Positions 31,425 to 44,935 of a DNA stretch of 64,000 nt are shown here, piece by piece (the stretch's first letter is position 1; each line of letters opens with the position of its first letter). Source of the DNA: Asterias rubens (taxonomy: Eukaryota); contig NC_047063.1 in the NCBI RefSeq assembly GCF_902459465.1, forward strand, positions 9,486,001 to 9,550,000, in the 5' to 3' direction. The position numbers were made by a program, and so were the translations under genes. Under the pieces are notes generated by a model. It saw only the letters and a list, made by a program, of their open reading frames with translations. It had not been told where the DNA came from and made no database searches.

Positions 31425-34400
31425 ATGGAGGAGCAACCACAACCAGGATCTTCAGCGGGAACGACAGGGGCTGCTGACCCGAAACAGGTACACTCACTAC
31501 TCAGTCAGAAGTACAGCAGGGAATACCACACCACATCAATAATTCATACAAAATTATAACTAACTAAGGGCGTAAGGAATATGGTGTATAGGTATAGTAT
31601 ACACTACACTAGACTACAGTACTAATGTAATACTATTATACTTTTTTTTTTTATAGTAATGCAGTATTTTAAATAATAATAACTATCTGAAAGAATAGCC
31701 TTCCCCCCTGGCCCTGGGGGATAACTTTCCGTATGGCGCCACCACTTTTTCACTCATTTTTACAAAAAGGGATATCTCATTGAGGTAAATTAGATACTAT
31801 ATTATTTCATATCTAGTGAAAAAGTGGTGGCGCCATACGGAAACTTTTCCGCCCTGGCTGGGAGTAGAAATGATAAATAGAAAATAAATAAAACACATTT
31901 ACTTACTTACACTACTCAGCATGCTCAGCCCCTCAGAATATTTTTTATAACAAATAGCTCTAAAAAACAAAAATGTGGGTCAGGCCTCCGGAGCCTCAGG
32001 GGTAGTGGGTAAGCTTTGGCGATATCACGGTATTATCGAATATCGTGATATTAATTTGGAAACGATTTCGATATCGGATGGATTTGGTTTTAATCGAAAT
32101 ATCGATATATCGCGATATATCACGATAATCGCGATATCGATTAAATATCGCGATGTATTTGCTAGCTTAGACATCTTGCACCCCATGGGTTTGAAGTAAA
32201 ACCAGAAGAACACCTCTCTTATGCTATGACTGTCTCTTCTACAACTTTTACTTGGAGTTTGAAGACTGATGATGTCAAATTTAATTAATCCCGAATATAT
32301 CAAATATCGCGATATATTGTCGGCGATATGTCGTGAATAAAATAAATCGATATCGCCCAAGCTTAGTAGTGGGTGGGGTCGTGTGGTGCGGTGGTGGGTT
32401 TGTTATGATTTCCCAGACAATTTTGGTTTTGTTATTATAGTTTACAGTGAGTAACAGTACATAAGGTTTATCGCGATTCAGAAACGCAATGCATTGTGGG
32501 AAGGAATATGGGGCGGTTTCTATGCAGTTTCTCTGACTCTCGCACCCAACGCCTATACCTTTGTGTGGGTTCAACAGCGCCCTCTCTTGATAATTTGCTA
32601 TCCGCGATAAACCTTATTGGATAACTTTCCGTATCATGGCGCCACCACTTTATCACTCATTTTTACAAAAAGGGATATCTCATTGAGGTACATTAGATAC
32701 TATATTATTTCATATTGAATGAAAAAGTGGTGGCGCCATACGAAAACTTTTCCACCTTATTAACCGCCCATAAAAAATGTGCATAAAAATAGGACCAATC
32801 CACTTCTTCGTATCCTTGGACCCATTGCCGCACCAACAATATCATTTTTTTTAAAACATCCCAAACGCAATTTTCTTTGTGGCCAGTAAAAAAATGAAGT
32901 TTCCAACCATGAATCATGACATGATCATGAAACCTATGATCAAAATGCTACTGTCATGACTGTAGGCCTACTCAACTGTTTGTAAATGGCCCTACTGCTC
33001 TAGAAATTGATCAAAAAACATCACCTGTTTTAAAATTAGGGAAAAATCAAATGATTTTTGAGAGTTAACTTTTCAAAATATCTCAATGATCTTGACAACT
33101 TGCTTGTTGACAACTTGCTCGTTGAGAATTTGTATAGACGATGTGACCTCTGAGTTCCCTGACGTCACTCGAAAACCATAACATGATTCGCACGCATATC
33201 GCCGGGCAAAACCTTTGTGTTTTGGCAGCCAGCTAGAAAGTGTATGCAATCTTACCATGACTACGCGTATTTTTGCCTGGCGAAACATGACATACATGTA
33301 TACAGTGTTTTGTCAACAGAGGGCGGTTTGAATGTAAACATAGGTCACATTAGTGCCGAAGAGTGAAATTTTGTTATTCGGATACCGCTGGCCAACTATC
33401 CGAAATTAACCGGATATTCGAATAGTTTTTTTGCCGCTAGAGGGCGCTGTTCGTTTGTGAATGAGATCTTATGGGCGGATTGATATTAGTTTTAGACAGT
33501 GTCACTCGGTTCATTCATAAAAATGACCGGATCTAATTTAAAGATGGCGATTTGCTTTTTCTTTTGATCGTGATTGACTCTACGTGAAGGAAAACCTTTG
33601 TAAACTTGAACAAATTACGTCAGAAATGTCATTGTTTTAACTCTTCACGGAGGTGAGCATAGTTAAATACTTAATTTATGCTGTTTTATGTTGTCTCAAT
33701 AGAAGGATTCAGACAAAACATTCATATCAGTTGTCGCCCGACGTCCGCGGATATTCGGTTGTTATTACAGAATTATCCGGTTTGTAAATAGGTATTCGCG
33801 CCCTATGCGGATATCCTGTTAAGAAAAAAAGGCATTCGCGGTTACGGATAGGAAAACCTATTCGCCATTAACCGGATATTTGAATAATTCGCCCAGGCCT
33901 AGGTCACATCGTCTATACATTCTCATGAATGCCTTTCAACACCTTCTTTTTAGCGGTAACAACATTTGGGTATAATAACCAGGTTTTGTCGGGTTCCCTC
34001 AACAACTACACAATTATTTTTCTACAATTGAATAAATTGGTAATACTGTACTGAACTGGTTCATTTACTATTGATTTGTAGTAAGTGTGTGTGTATTGAA
34101 CAAATTCACCTGACGTCATCATCAGAATAATCTTGGATACTATTTTGGTGGTTAATAATCACTGTGGGTTCTTCAGTGAAGTGCACCTCCTACTGACCAC
34201 CAAAATGGTGAGCGTGGCAGAGTCGCCGCGTGTGATGGGTCAAAATTCTTTTGTAATCGCGACTCCATAATAGAGAATTACATAATTTGATATTTGTAGT
34301 TTTAAAACTAGGGAAGTGTGGATACTATTTAATGTGTAAATATATTTTTATTTGGTTTTACTTTTTGGTGGTTAGGAGGAACCGTACCGTCTACGAGTGT

Positions 34401-37400
34401 TGATGGAGCCTAAAGGATTCATTCGCATCATTGAATTTGTAAGTTGATTTTGCATATTAAACAAGGCCCCAAACCAAATAAACATTAATACCCCACCATG
34501 CAATGCCTCAAATTCCATTTATGTGTTAATGGGAGACTTTTGGGACGAGAACTAAGAAAAAGCACTGTCCAATAGTCTTCCACTTAATAGAATGGCAAAT
34601 TTTCCCCCTGTTTTTAAACAATAGTATCACTACCATCACAATCCTCCACATCTGCCTGTATAGTAAACTTGGGTGTAATTCCATGTTAATAAGAGTATGT
34701 TAATCTGGCGGTCGCAGGTTCATTTCAGTTATCGTCAAAATAAAAATTCCGAAATTTTATTTAGAAACCTATTTTTGTACATACTGTCAAATGTTTTCCG
34801 CATTGAATTAGGGTTGCCAACAACAACATGCTAATTTAGACTGGCAAGGGTTTGGGTTTTCACAAAAAATCAAACAATAAGAATCTCTTAATAAAGATTT
34901 TGTATTCATAGAACATTTGAAATTGTTCCCAGACATCTGTTTCCTGTTACTGTACCACACCCAAAAATAATACTCATATTGGGTTGCACAAGGTCAGATC
35001 CCTGGCTACAGGGGTAGAGACACTGGACACTACTGGTAAATGTCAAAGATGGGTCTTCTCACTTGGTGTATATCTCAACATATGCACAACATAACAAACA
35101 ATTGGTCAATTGGTCAATTGGTCGTTGAGGTTGCGAGATAATAATTAAAGAAAAACACCCTTGTCACACGACAAGACCTAAAAATCTAATTCTGATGTCT
35201 CAAAATCAGATTCGTGGAAAATTACTTCTTTCTCAAAATCATGTTACTTCAGAGGGAGCCGTTTCTCACAATGTTTTATACCATCAACAGCTCCCCATTA
35301 CTCAAAACCAATAAGGTTTTATGCTAATAATTAAACTGCGCCAATAAAGTATCTAAACACTTACAAATGGTCAGATTTATCGGAACCTGAAATAGTGTAC
35401 AAAAATTTAATTGTTCGTTTCTATTCACCGTTAATTTCTGCACGTTTTGACACATCTTGTGTTGCGCTACGATGTTGTTTGGTGGATTTATGGACACTTG
35501 AGTGGCTTAAGGTCGAATTTCAAAAGTTGCAAAAGCCCCTATTCACCCCAATTCCAAAAGGGAACTCACATAAGCATCACACTCAGACAAAATCAAGACA
35601 AAAGACACGAACTCGTTTCGTTTACATGACCATGAAATTAATTGCCGTATCTTTAACTCTAAAACTGCTGTTATCCTGTCCTCCATTCTTGGTGTGTCCT
35701 CCATCATTGTCCTGAACGGCAAGGAGTCGTCTTCTCATACTCTCAATGAGACCTCTGATCTGTCCCTGGTCAATCCCCTGCCATTTCCTGATCAGGATGC
35801 GTCGCAAACCCCTCGAGAGTGGTGTCAGGCTTTATGGCTTTGTTCACTTTCTTCTTCTGCTGCAAAAGTCACCCTCGGACGGCCACTCCTTGGCAGGTCG
35901 TCCACATTTCTCTGAGCTTGGTAGCGATTCCACCATTTACTGACCGTCGCTGGTGACGTTTTCACCTGATGAGCTGCAGCTCGCATCGACGTACCGGCTT
36001 CTATCAAACCAACGGTCCATCCTCTTTCCTGTTTGGTCGTTTGAGCCATCTTTCCTGTTATCTTGAAACACCTTTCCTTGCTTACCATTGTTGTATGCCT
36101 CCCATCTTTGACCCCTTTGCTTGGTTACTGACAATTATTGCTGATGTTCATCGCAACCGATTTATCCAAAACGCGACAAAAAAAAAATCATTCATAAAAG
36201 GCGGGCAAAAGAAACGCCGATCTTACTCGTCACAATACAACGATTTAGCTCGAATAGGGGCTTTTGCAACTTTTGAAATTCGACCTTAAGCCACTCAAGT
36301 GCCCGTAAATCTACCAAACAACATCGTAGCGCAACACAAGATGTGTCAAAATGTGCAGAAATTAACGGTGACTCGAAATGAATAATTATTTTTTGGCATA
36401 CTGTTTCAGGTTTCGATATATCTGACCATTTGTAAGTGTTTAGATACTTTATTGGCGCAGTTTATTTTGAGTAATTACCAATAGTGTCAACTGCCTTTAA
36501 GGTATTTTTTTATTGCTTCTGCGGTGGGTTAAGACTGCTCCTCTAAAAGTCTTTTTGTCCGTGATGGATATGATGTCTGGTGGTACTGTGTTTCACTCTT
36601 TATATCTGATCTGGGTATAAACAAATATATATCCCTGTGAGTGTAAGTTAAAATTTTTTAACAGTGCTCTCACGCTCTCAAAGGTACGGTCGATTGCAAA
36701 AGTTGCATGAAATTACTGTGGGGGAAATAATTTTGAACTTTTTTCCCCACACATTTCAACAGGTTCTAACTGTTTTGGGCGTGAGCAAATATATAAGTAA
36801 AGTAAAAAAAAAAAAAAATGAAAAAAAAATTAAGAGTGCTCTCATGCGTTCAAAAGTATGGCGGATTGCAAAAAGCTTCAATAATTTTGAACTTTTTTCC
36901 CCTCACATTTTAACAGGTTCTAGCTGTGCTCATGTTTGCAACAACTGCAGGATACAACGGCATATATTCCTACAATGTCACTTGCACAGGCTACCTGCAC
37001 CAAATGAAATATATGTTTGGTTACCCATTTGAGTAAGTAGTAACAATATTTGTACAAATAATTGTTATCACTTAGAGGCACTGTACACTATTGCTGATTT
37101 ACTCAAAATGATTGATAGTACAAAAAAATACTTGGTTAACGAGCTGGGAGTTGTTGATAGTCTAAAACCCTCTTAAACATAGTTTTTTTTAAAAGAGGTA
37201 ATTTCACACTCAATACCTGAACAACTCAATACCTGAACCAATTCTACCGGCGGTTTGATAACAATAGCCCTCTCCATGACCTAGCTAAAGATCACCTTTG
37301 TGCTACGTTTGCTTCAAACATCAATGATAACAATAGAACTCTGCTGACAACTGCCCAAGTTGAAAAGTCTCTCAAAAATATCAAATCCAATAAGGCTGCA

Positions 37401-40400
37401 GGACCAGACGGGATCCCTGGAAGGATTCTGAAAACCTGCTACAAAGAACTGGTAATAAGTATACATCAAAAGTAATCGGTCTGTTATATCTTTGATTTTG
37501 ATTGTCAAACACTGCAGCTTCAAGTCATTCCCGATATTCTGTGAGCCCAACACCTCTGTCACTGAGATACCCATACCAGCCTACGTAGGAGGGAAAGCTT
37601 CTTTCTTTGTCGCTATCGGCGTCTTGGCTATGATCTACTGCATCCTATCCCTCGTCTGGTATGTGTTTCTGGAGGTCAGGTACTTGACCTTTGACCTTGT
37701 ACCCGCTGCTGTAAGTACATTTCCCCAATTTTTAATCACTTCTTACAAACAAAATATTACAACCTATCGGTCAAGCCAATTGTTCTACAAAGTTGGAACT
37801 AGTGAGGGCAAGTGTTTATATTGTTTTAAATAAATAAAAAGTAAGAAGGTCTAGAATTGAGAACTCCACAGAGCATGATTTCCAGCACATTTTGTATTAA
37901 CTGGCATTCATAACTACCGCAGACAGTTTCGCTATTTCTTTTGGTGGAGGGCACGTCAAGTGTGGGTGTAATGGTTGATAATGACCAGCTGGAGCTCTGT
38001 TTATAACCGGTTGTTTTCAAATACTACGGACTAGTCTTGGTGCAAGACGTTTCTTGTTACGGGCGATGCGGGTGCTGTCGGTGAGTTGGCCGCGCTGTGT
38101 GTGTTCAAGAACTCGTCGCTACCATTTTATTCCCTTATTATGAGTCCAACTCTTTAGTGATGTATATTACTCTCTTGTATTATGAAGAAAATAACGGACA
38201 TTAAGCCAAAATGTCTAGTAATAATTTGAAGAGCTGTGTAGTTGTTTTCGTGGTCTGTATCTCCCTATTATGGAATTTGTTTTTCTATTAGTACATGTTG
38301 AAGATGAACATGTTGAACATAATTCTAAATGTCTCCCTGATTGTTCCACAAAGTACAAAGTGTCCCGATTCCAAGGTGCATATATTGGCAGCTCTGCATG
38401 GTAAAACAGTGTACAATTTCCCTTGACAGCAGAGTGATTATATGCTATGCCAATGTCTTTCTTAATACTCAAAAATCAACTCAATATTAGCGTTCAGTGT
38501 GCACAAAACTGTCCAGTCTAATTATCTATACAAAACTGCTGGACGAAATCATACCCTGTAAAATAATAGGGTCACAACAACTTAATCCATACTTCTCTTG
38601 AACTTAACAGGACTTTGTGACAACAGTGGTGTTCAGCGTATTCTTCTTCTTATCAGCATGCATTTGGGCATCAGGTGTCAGCACAGTGAAGTACTGGACC
38701 ACCTTTGATAATGTGAAGAAGGAGCTCCTGACTATACCCTGCAATACTGCGGGCAACACCTGTGAACAGCAATCCTTCCCTAACTACGCATCTATCAATA
38801 TCTCTGTTGTAAGTATTAAGGCTGTATCGAATAGGGCGTTACCGTTCAAATATTTGCCCACAACCATGGCGTATGTGAGGCTGTGTGTGTACGAGTAGGA
38901 CAACAGGGTTCAGGAAAGGTCCAAAGTTGGAAAACATGCACAAAACCAGTGGGAGCTGTTGCCAAAAAGGAGTATCAACACAAGAGGGACAGTAGGAGGT
39001 CCGCGGTGGCAAGCAATACAAGCTTGTTAGTGTTCATGCGTGTGCTATAGAAATCAAAACCTCGACCGCTGCATGGCGCGTGCTTCATTGATGTATGCGT
39101 TCAGACGCGCATATGGCCTGCACTACAATATGGCCGCTCTCATAGCAATAAAGGGGTTATTCGATTTGATCTATTAAGGCCGTATCCGAACAGGCGTCTA
39201 CAGCAAGGGTCATTCTCATAGCATTAAAGGGGTAATTCAATTTGATCTATTAAGGCCGTATCCGTACAGGCGTCTACAGCAAGGGTCATTCTCATAGCAT
39301 TAAAGGGGTTATTCGATTTGATCTATTAAGGCCGTATCCGAACAGGCGTCTACAGCAAGGGTCATTCTCATAGCATTAAAGGGGTTAGTCGATTTGATCT
39401 ATTAAGGCCGTATCCGAATAGGTGTCTACAGCAAGGGTTTAACCTTTACACCCTTGTGTTAAAATAATAATAATATCAAAGTCTTATATAGACAATGTGA
39501 CCTGTGATATCACATGTTTACAAAAGAGCCACAGAGCCTGGACTTTCTGCAGGCGCGATTTGTACACAGCCTAATAGAGTAAAACATAAAATCTTATTTT
39601 TATGAAGATTTCACTGTCTCATTCCTATCACCTTTTGATATGATGAAACTTGTCCAGCTTTTACTTTTATAATTCTTGGATTTATGTGGAAATTATGACA
39701 CAAAATGTCAACTTTCCCATAGTACCTGTGTAGTATCTTGCCTGGCAGAATTCACAAAGAATGCACAAGTCACACTTATGGTAAACAAAGTTCACATGGT
39801 CTATAGCGCACGTATGTACCAAACAAGGTATTCAAGGCGCTGAGTATATACAAACTTTCAGAAAGATAGGTTATTGCAGTGATGGATTCTGAGACCCAAT
39901 TATGTAGCACTTTAAGGGTTTACAAGGTGCTACGGCGCATGAAGCAGCCCCAACCAGGAACACCGGGTCGCACCCCTTCTCTTTTCGACAAGTGCACTGG
40001 GTTCTTTTACATGCGTTACACAACACATGGGACCAACGGCTTTACGTCCCATCCGAAGGACAAAGCAATGGTAAAATGTCTTGCTTAAGGACACAAGTGT
40101 CACTGTGTACTAATTTCTTTCCCTTGTGTCTGAATCAAGTGACTCTGGCTGCGACTATGGCTGCTGGCTGCAGCAATAGATGCTGGCTGCGGCTAGAACC
40201 ATTGGCTGCATCAGCAGTTGTTCCGGCTGTAGCCATTGCCAAAGCCTTCAATTTAGACACAACCTTAGACAGCTGTAAATTTGAACACAATCAAATCTTT
40301 ACATTAATTGGTTTTGTTCATCTGTTTATTATTGGAGTCAAGTTACAGACAGGTTTAAATATGATCAGATCCATACATTCATGAGACAAAAGACCGATCC

Positions 40401-41064
40401 GGTATGCTATGGGTTGTGCGTGCAGACATGTCTTGGCTCTGCCCACCGCCACACATAAAAAGACATGGAGTAGCAATCCAAATGGCCGCAACTTGTGCAC
40501 TTTTTGTTACGGGATGTTAATGTGACAGGTTGCGTGTACACTACTGTAATTGGTAAATGCATTTAGGGTTGGAGTTTATTGAGTTGTGTACAAATTGATC
40601 GGCTCTTTTTTGAGTGAACCTGTTAATCATCAAGTCATTATTAAAAGGGGCGGGCTGTCGTCATGGAAAGTACCTGTGACTGAACATGGATTTATAAACT
40701 CTAGCCCAGTTATTGCATTCGCACTAACCCAGTTACTGCATGGGCGCGTGCTGGTTGTCACTTCACAAAGGGTGCCGTCATTATTATGTTGTGATGTGAC
40801 TGGCAGGACGCGCATAGGGTTTGAACTTGCAATTCCATGCACAGCCACAGGCCTGCTGTGATCATGACGACAGGCCTCTTGAACTCAATATTACCATTTA
40901 ACTCAAAATTTGAACTTCTTCCCTACCAGGTCTTTGGGTTTCTCAACTGCGTGGTGTGGGCTGGCAATGGATGGTTCGTCTTCAAGGAAACTATGTGGTT
41001 CAAGAACAGACAAGCACAGAACCAGCAAACGACTGCTCAGGATAAACCTGTTAACACCGTCTAG
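31425..41064 (+). CDS. Synaptophysin/synaptoporin-family MARVEL protein (~255 aa)
   Basis: Exons 31425-31487, 34376-34438 (LMEPKGFIRIIEF), 36917-37032 (VLAVLMFATTAG..YPF), 37518-37710, 38611-38808 and 40930-41064 (VFGFLNCVVWAGNGWFVFKET). All GT-AG and in frame, with four TM helices. Confidence 0.9.
31719..31850. mobile_element. ~135-bp MITE (other copies at ~32619-32755 and ~57862-57996)
   Basis: TIR GGATAACTTTCCGTATGGCGCCACCACTTTTTCA; three near-identical copies. Confidence 0.8.
32010..32365. mobile_element. hAT-like MITE
   Basis: TAAGCTT.GGCGATATC TIRs, 8-bp TSD GTAGTGGG, many GATATC subterminal repeats. Confidence 0.85.
33351..33901. mobile_element. hAT-like MITE
   Basis: 8-bp TSD GGTCACAT, TAG..CTA ends (imperfect TIR), TATCCG/CGGATA subterminal repeats. 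Confidence 0.7.
35334..36462 (-). mobile_element. Internally deleted Tc1-like transposon nested in a Kolobok-like MITE (host 35018-36496)
   Basis: ~210-bp TIRs and TA TSD. Transposase N-terminus (MAQTTKQERGWTVGLIEAG..DLPRSGRPR) from 36049 plus C-terminus (LIESMRRRLLAVQDNDGGHTK); the DDE core is absent. Confidence 0.9.
37320..37455 (+). mobile_element. LINE ORF2 fragment (pre-RT region)
   Basis: Translates to VEKSLKNIKSNKAAGPDGIPGRILKTCYKEL, the K(A/S)xGPDGI motif of non-LTR retrotransposons. Confidence 0.8.
39139..39438. repeat. Minisatellite, 76-bp unit x4
   Basis: Unit starts at 39139, 39215, 39291 and 39367. Confidence 0.95.
39465..40101 (-). mobile_element. Deu/Nin-domain-like SINE interrupted by a 311-bp TIR element (39491-39801)
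   Basis: GGGTTCTTTTACATGCG..GGGACCAACGGCTTTACGTCCCATCCGAAGGAC resembles the DeuSINE core (from recall). Related copies at ~46930-47240 (with tRNA head) and ~56071-56210. Confidence 0.65.
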
Positions 41065-43041
41065 TGTTTCAGTCCCTTTAAAGCCAGCCTCCCCTTGGTA
41101 AAATGCCAACCTCCTTGTAAAAGTTTGTGAATTGAAACGCTTTGGGTTTCTTTTGCTCAAATTATTAAACTTTTGTAATGTGAGTTATTTGAACTGCTGG
41201 GTGGCAGAAGACTTACAATGGATATGTACAAAGTTATTGTGTTTTACCCATAAATGCTTTAATAAGGGAATCAATGTGTGGTGAAGAGGTTTTCAACTAG
41301 TGGTTTAATCCCAAGGAGGCCTGGTTCTTGATAATTTTACCGAGCGTTCCAAATTCTCCCTTAGAGAAATGACAAAGTTTGTTTGAGAGTATGATTAGAA
41401 GTTTTCATAATGATATCTACTGCCACGCCACCTTGCGTTTCAAATTTCTCTGTTTAGAGAAATGAGAAAGTCGTGGCTTGTTCTACAGTATGAAGAGAAC
41501 TTGTCTCTGAAATGTGAAGTAAGACGAAGGCATCATGTGTCGCTTCCCAAAAATTTACCGAGTTTAGCTTTTACACAGATTTTGATGTAGTGAACCTCAA
41601 GTTGACCTCCTGCATACACTGCCATACATTCAACAATGGAAAAGGCATTTGTAATTGTGTTTGAATGTTATGTCTGTATGTTCAAAACACAGCTTTGACC
41701 AAAAGATGTACATTGGTGAGGTAAGGAGTTCGGGGTGGAGGTTTATGAGCAAGTTAGTAAAAATGATCGACGGAATCTATCATATGTATATAAGACATCT
41801 GCAGTGTTGTGCAACTAGATATCTTTGTATGAATATATAGGGTTGGTGTCTATCCTTTGTTGAGCCAAAAGAACTTGAGTTTGCTTTTGAATCTTGTTTT
41901 GCCAACGTCAAAGATGCTTCAAGAGTCAATTCAATTCAAATCTGTATTTCTTTGCTCTTATATTATTTGCATATAAATAAACAGGTGATAAATTTTTATT
42001 TACTCTTTTGCAAGTTAATTAGTTGTTTATTTTTCGATACTTTCCAGGACTTGTGGGGAAAATCCACCGGGGTTCTTGGGTAGGATTTGAACCTGTAACG
42101 GTATATGCTGGACGTAACCCTGGTGTATTTACTAACGGTTAAGGCATCTGCATTTAATAAAGCATAACTGGTAAAGCCACCAAGCATTCCCTGTGACAAC
42201 AAGGCAGTCTGAAAGATACATGTAGAGAAATTATCTGGTATCACACTTCCCATGATGTAGGTCTCAAACCTAATGCAAAGGTGTTATCCCCCCCCCCCCC
42301 CACCAACCACCATCTCAGTCAGGTACAATTATGACAAACTAATGAAAATGCCAAGCTAAGGCTGTATACGAAAAGGTGGCTTCAGCTACAGCTAGATCGT
42401 GCGTGTCTGCCAATTCTTCAACACTGGCAGATGCGCTGATCTAGCTGTAGCTGTAACCAAAGTTGCTGTTCTGGTACGCAGCCTAAGACTGCAAAGCGCA
42501 CAGGATGGGTCAATCCGCAATCACCTTGCGATATCTACTCAAGGGCATCCTGAGCTTCTGTGACATCATGTGCATGATGTTCACTTGAAAGTTGATTTAG
42601 ATTTTAAAGCACTATTTAGCTATTAGAGCACTATTTTTTAGCTATTAAAGCACTATAGGCCTATAGCGAGTGCGTTCTACCTCTGATGAAAGAATATAAT
42701 TATTTATATATCTTCATATTTATTTTGCCGGATTTAGTCTGCTTCTATAAATAGTAATGTTACATGACCTTTCAGTCAGTGCTCAAGTTATTGTAAGGGT
42801 TATTCATTCACTTTTCACTGAGGCCTCCGACCTATAGATGTGTTTCCACTGTATACACAATACATCAGGCCTGTATGCTTCGTTATTGAAAGGGCAAGGG
42901 CACCAAAACAATTTCTCCTTGGTGAAGGGCACCACCCTATAGAGGAAACTGTAAATTTGTACTGGAGCACTTCAAGGGCACCAAGGCAATGACCAGGGGG
43001 CATGGAGGCAATTGCCTCCATTGCCTTTGTTAAGTATCAGC

Positions 43042-43210
43042 TGTCGATTTCACAAAACTCTTCCTAACTTAGGATTAATCTTAGTACTTAGGACGAGTTC
43101 CAACCCTGCACTGTAGCATGCAGACCTTAAGATTAATCCTAAGTTAAGACGAGTTACTCGTCCTAACTCGAGATAAGACGAGTCCTAACTCTTTGTGAAA
43201 TCGTCGGCTG
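43042..43210. mobile_element. Palindromic MITE
   Basis: GTCGATTTCACAAA..TTTGTGAAATCGTC ends. Confidence 0.65.
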
Positions 43211-43624
43211 GCCTGATACAGTTGAGTAACAAGTGTAGGAAGATCACAGTGGTCCTGCAGTAGTAGTAGCCACAGTTCGCAGATTTAGTTGCAGCCTAGA
43301 AAATGTAAAACTATGTCATGCTAATAGTTGCCATGCAGATTTTATAATTGCTTTTAAAGAATATAACATATTTTTTTTTAAATAAAAATTCTGTATAATC
43401 CTAGTCATGACATCAAATTTTTTGAAATATTTTTGTTAGCAGATAATTTGAACGGTTGGTGTATTTTGCATATGTGTGTGCAGTACATGACAGTTTACTT
43501 GTATATGACTTGTTGTATAACTAGTGAATGAAGTGATTGTGAACACTGGCCTGTAGGTTGGTGAAGGTATTGGGGAAAACTGTTACTTGACTGTTGTGCT
43601 TGGAACATTTGCTGTGATGCTATC

Positions 43625-43878
43625 CAGGGCCCAATTTCATGGCTCTGCTTACCGCCGAATTCTGCGCTTACGATCACGATTTCCCGCTTACGTGCAAGCG
43701 CCAAATTTCTTCGCTAGCCTTTTAAGCGTAGAATACCTGGCAATGTGAATTACGCACGCGCAGAAGCCAAAATTCGCCGCTAGCCCGTGAAATACGCTTG
43801 CTGTGAGCACAGAATTACCTGCTTCTGTAAGCGCCCGTTCTATGATTACGGTAAGCAGAGCCATGAAAATGGGCCCTG
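43625..43878. mobile_element. MITE
   Basis: TIR CAGGGCCCAATTTCATGGCTCTGCTTACCG, about 30 bp. Confidence 0.8.
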
Positions 43879-44935
43879 ATGTTGATAAATATTGTGTGTG
43901 CTGTCAGTATCTACAGTTATGTGTAAGGTCTTACAAATATATTTTCCAACTGTTTTTAATTTTAAGGTAATTGTACATGGGAAAGCAAAAACAAATACAA
44001 AGGTTTTCAAGATTTGTGCACTAATGACAGATGCAGTTTATTTTGCATCGCATAGAAGCTTCTTTCCACGTACATATGTATTGTAAACAAGTTTCTTGCA
44101 CCCTCTAACTATGAAAATGAACTATAAAACAGGTTCCCAACAAAGTGTTTTATTTTTGTTATATGCACACAATTGTTAAGAATTAATGTTTGCTTCAAAA
44201 GCAGTTCTTTGTGGTTTAGGGTTTAAATTGAAACTCGTAATGTATCTAATTTGAACCTGCCCATAGAAATGAATAACATAAACAATGTTGGTTACAATTG
44301 GTGCTGAATTGAAAAAACATGTATGTGTTTTTCTCTGATAAAAATCATTAAAATAAAATAATAATAACCACATTCCTGTGCAAAAAAGGATTGCTATTGT
44401 ATATTGACTAATATTTTGTACCCCCCCCCTCCCTCACAGATATGCAATTGCATCAATATAAGAAACTGGAAATCTTAGAATGTGTTTTCCTGTCTTTTAT
44501 GTCAAATTCATCATCTATTTAAAGAACATGTATATTCACAGCACTGTTTAGTCCTGTATTATGCATGAACAGTTTGAGTTTCTATAATTTTTGTTCTCTG
44601 CTTTTAGTTGGTTTAAATAATAATGAAATTATTTACTATTAATTATCACTATTCAAGCAATATTGCCATCTTTTTGTATACATTTTACTATGTGATGGTG
44701 TATTAAATATTGGCTGTATATGTGTCTGGAACATTTGGTCATGAGAATCCTTTATTTACTGGATACCAATGCCGGATATGGGTTAGGGTATCCCCCAATC
44801 TACATACTTGTACAAAAGTACACCCCCACAAACAAATGATATTTTGAAGTGCTTTGCAATAAAGCACAACATTTCACCGTTAAGGTGGCGACTCTTATAT
44901 TATGAAGTTGTGATTTGGGGGGTTGAACAAAGATT

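Noticed and set aside
39139-39438. CRISPR-like array
   Set aside because: Contiguous identical units with no unique spacers, no cas genes, and a eukaryotic context.
41996-42253. 85-aa minus-strand ORF between the synaptophysin gene and SUCLG2
   Set aside because: No recognisable motif or splice support.
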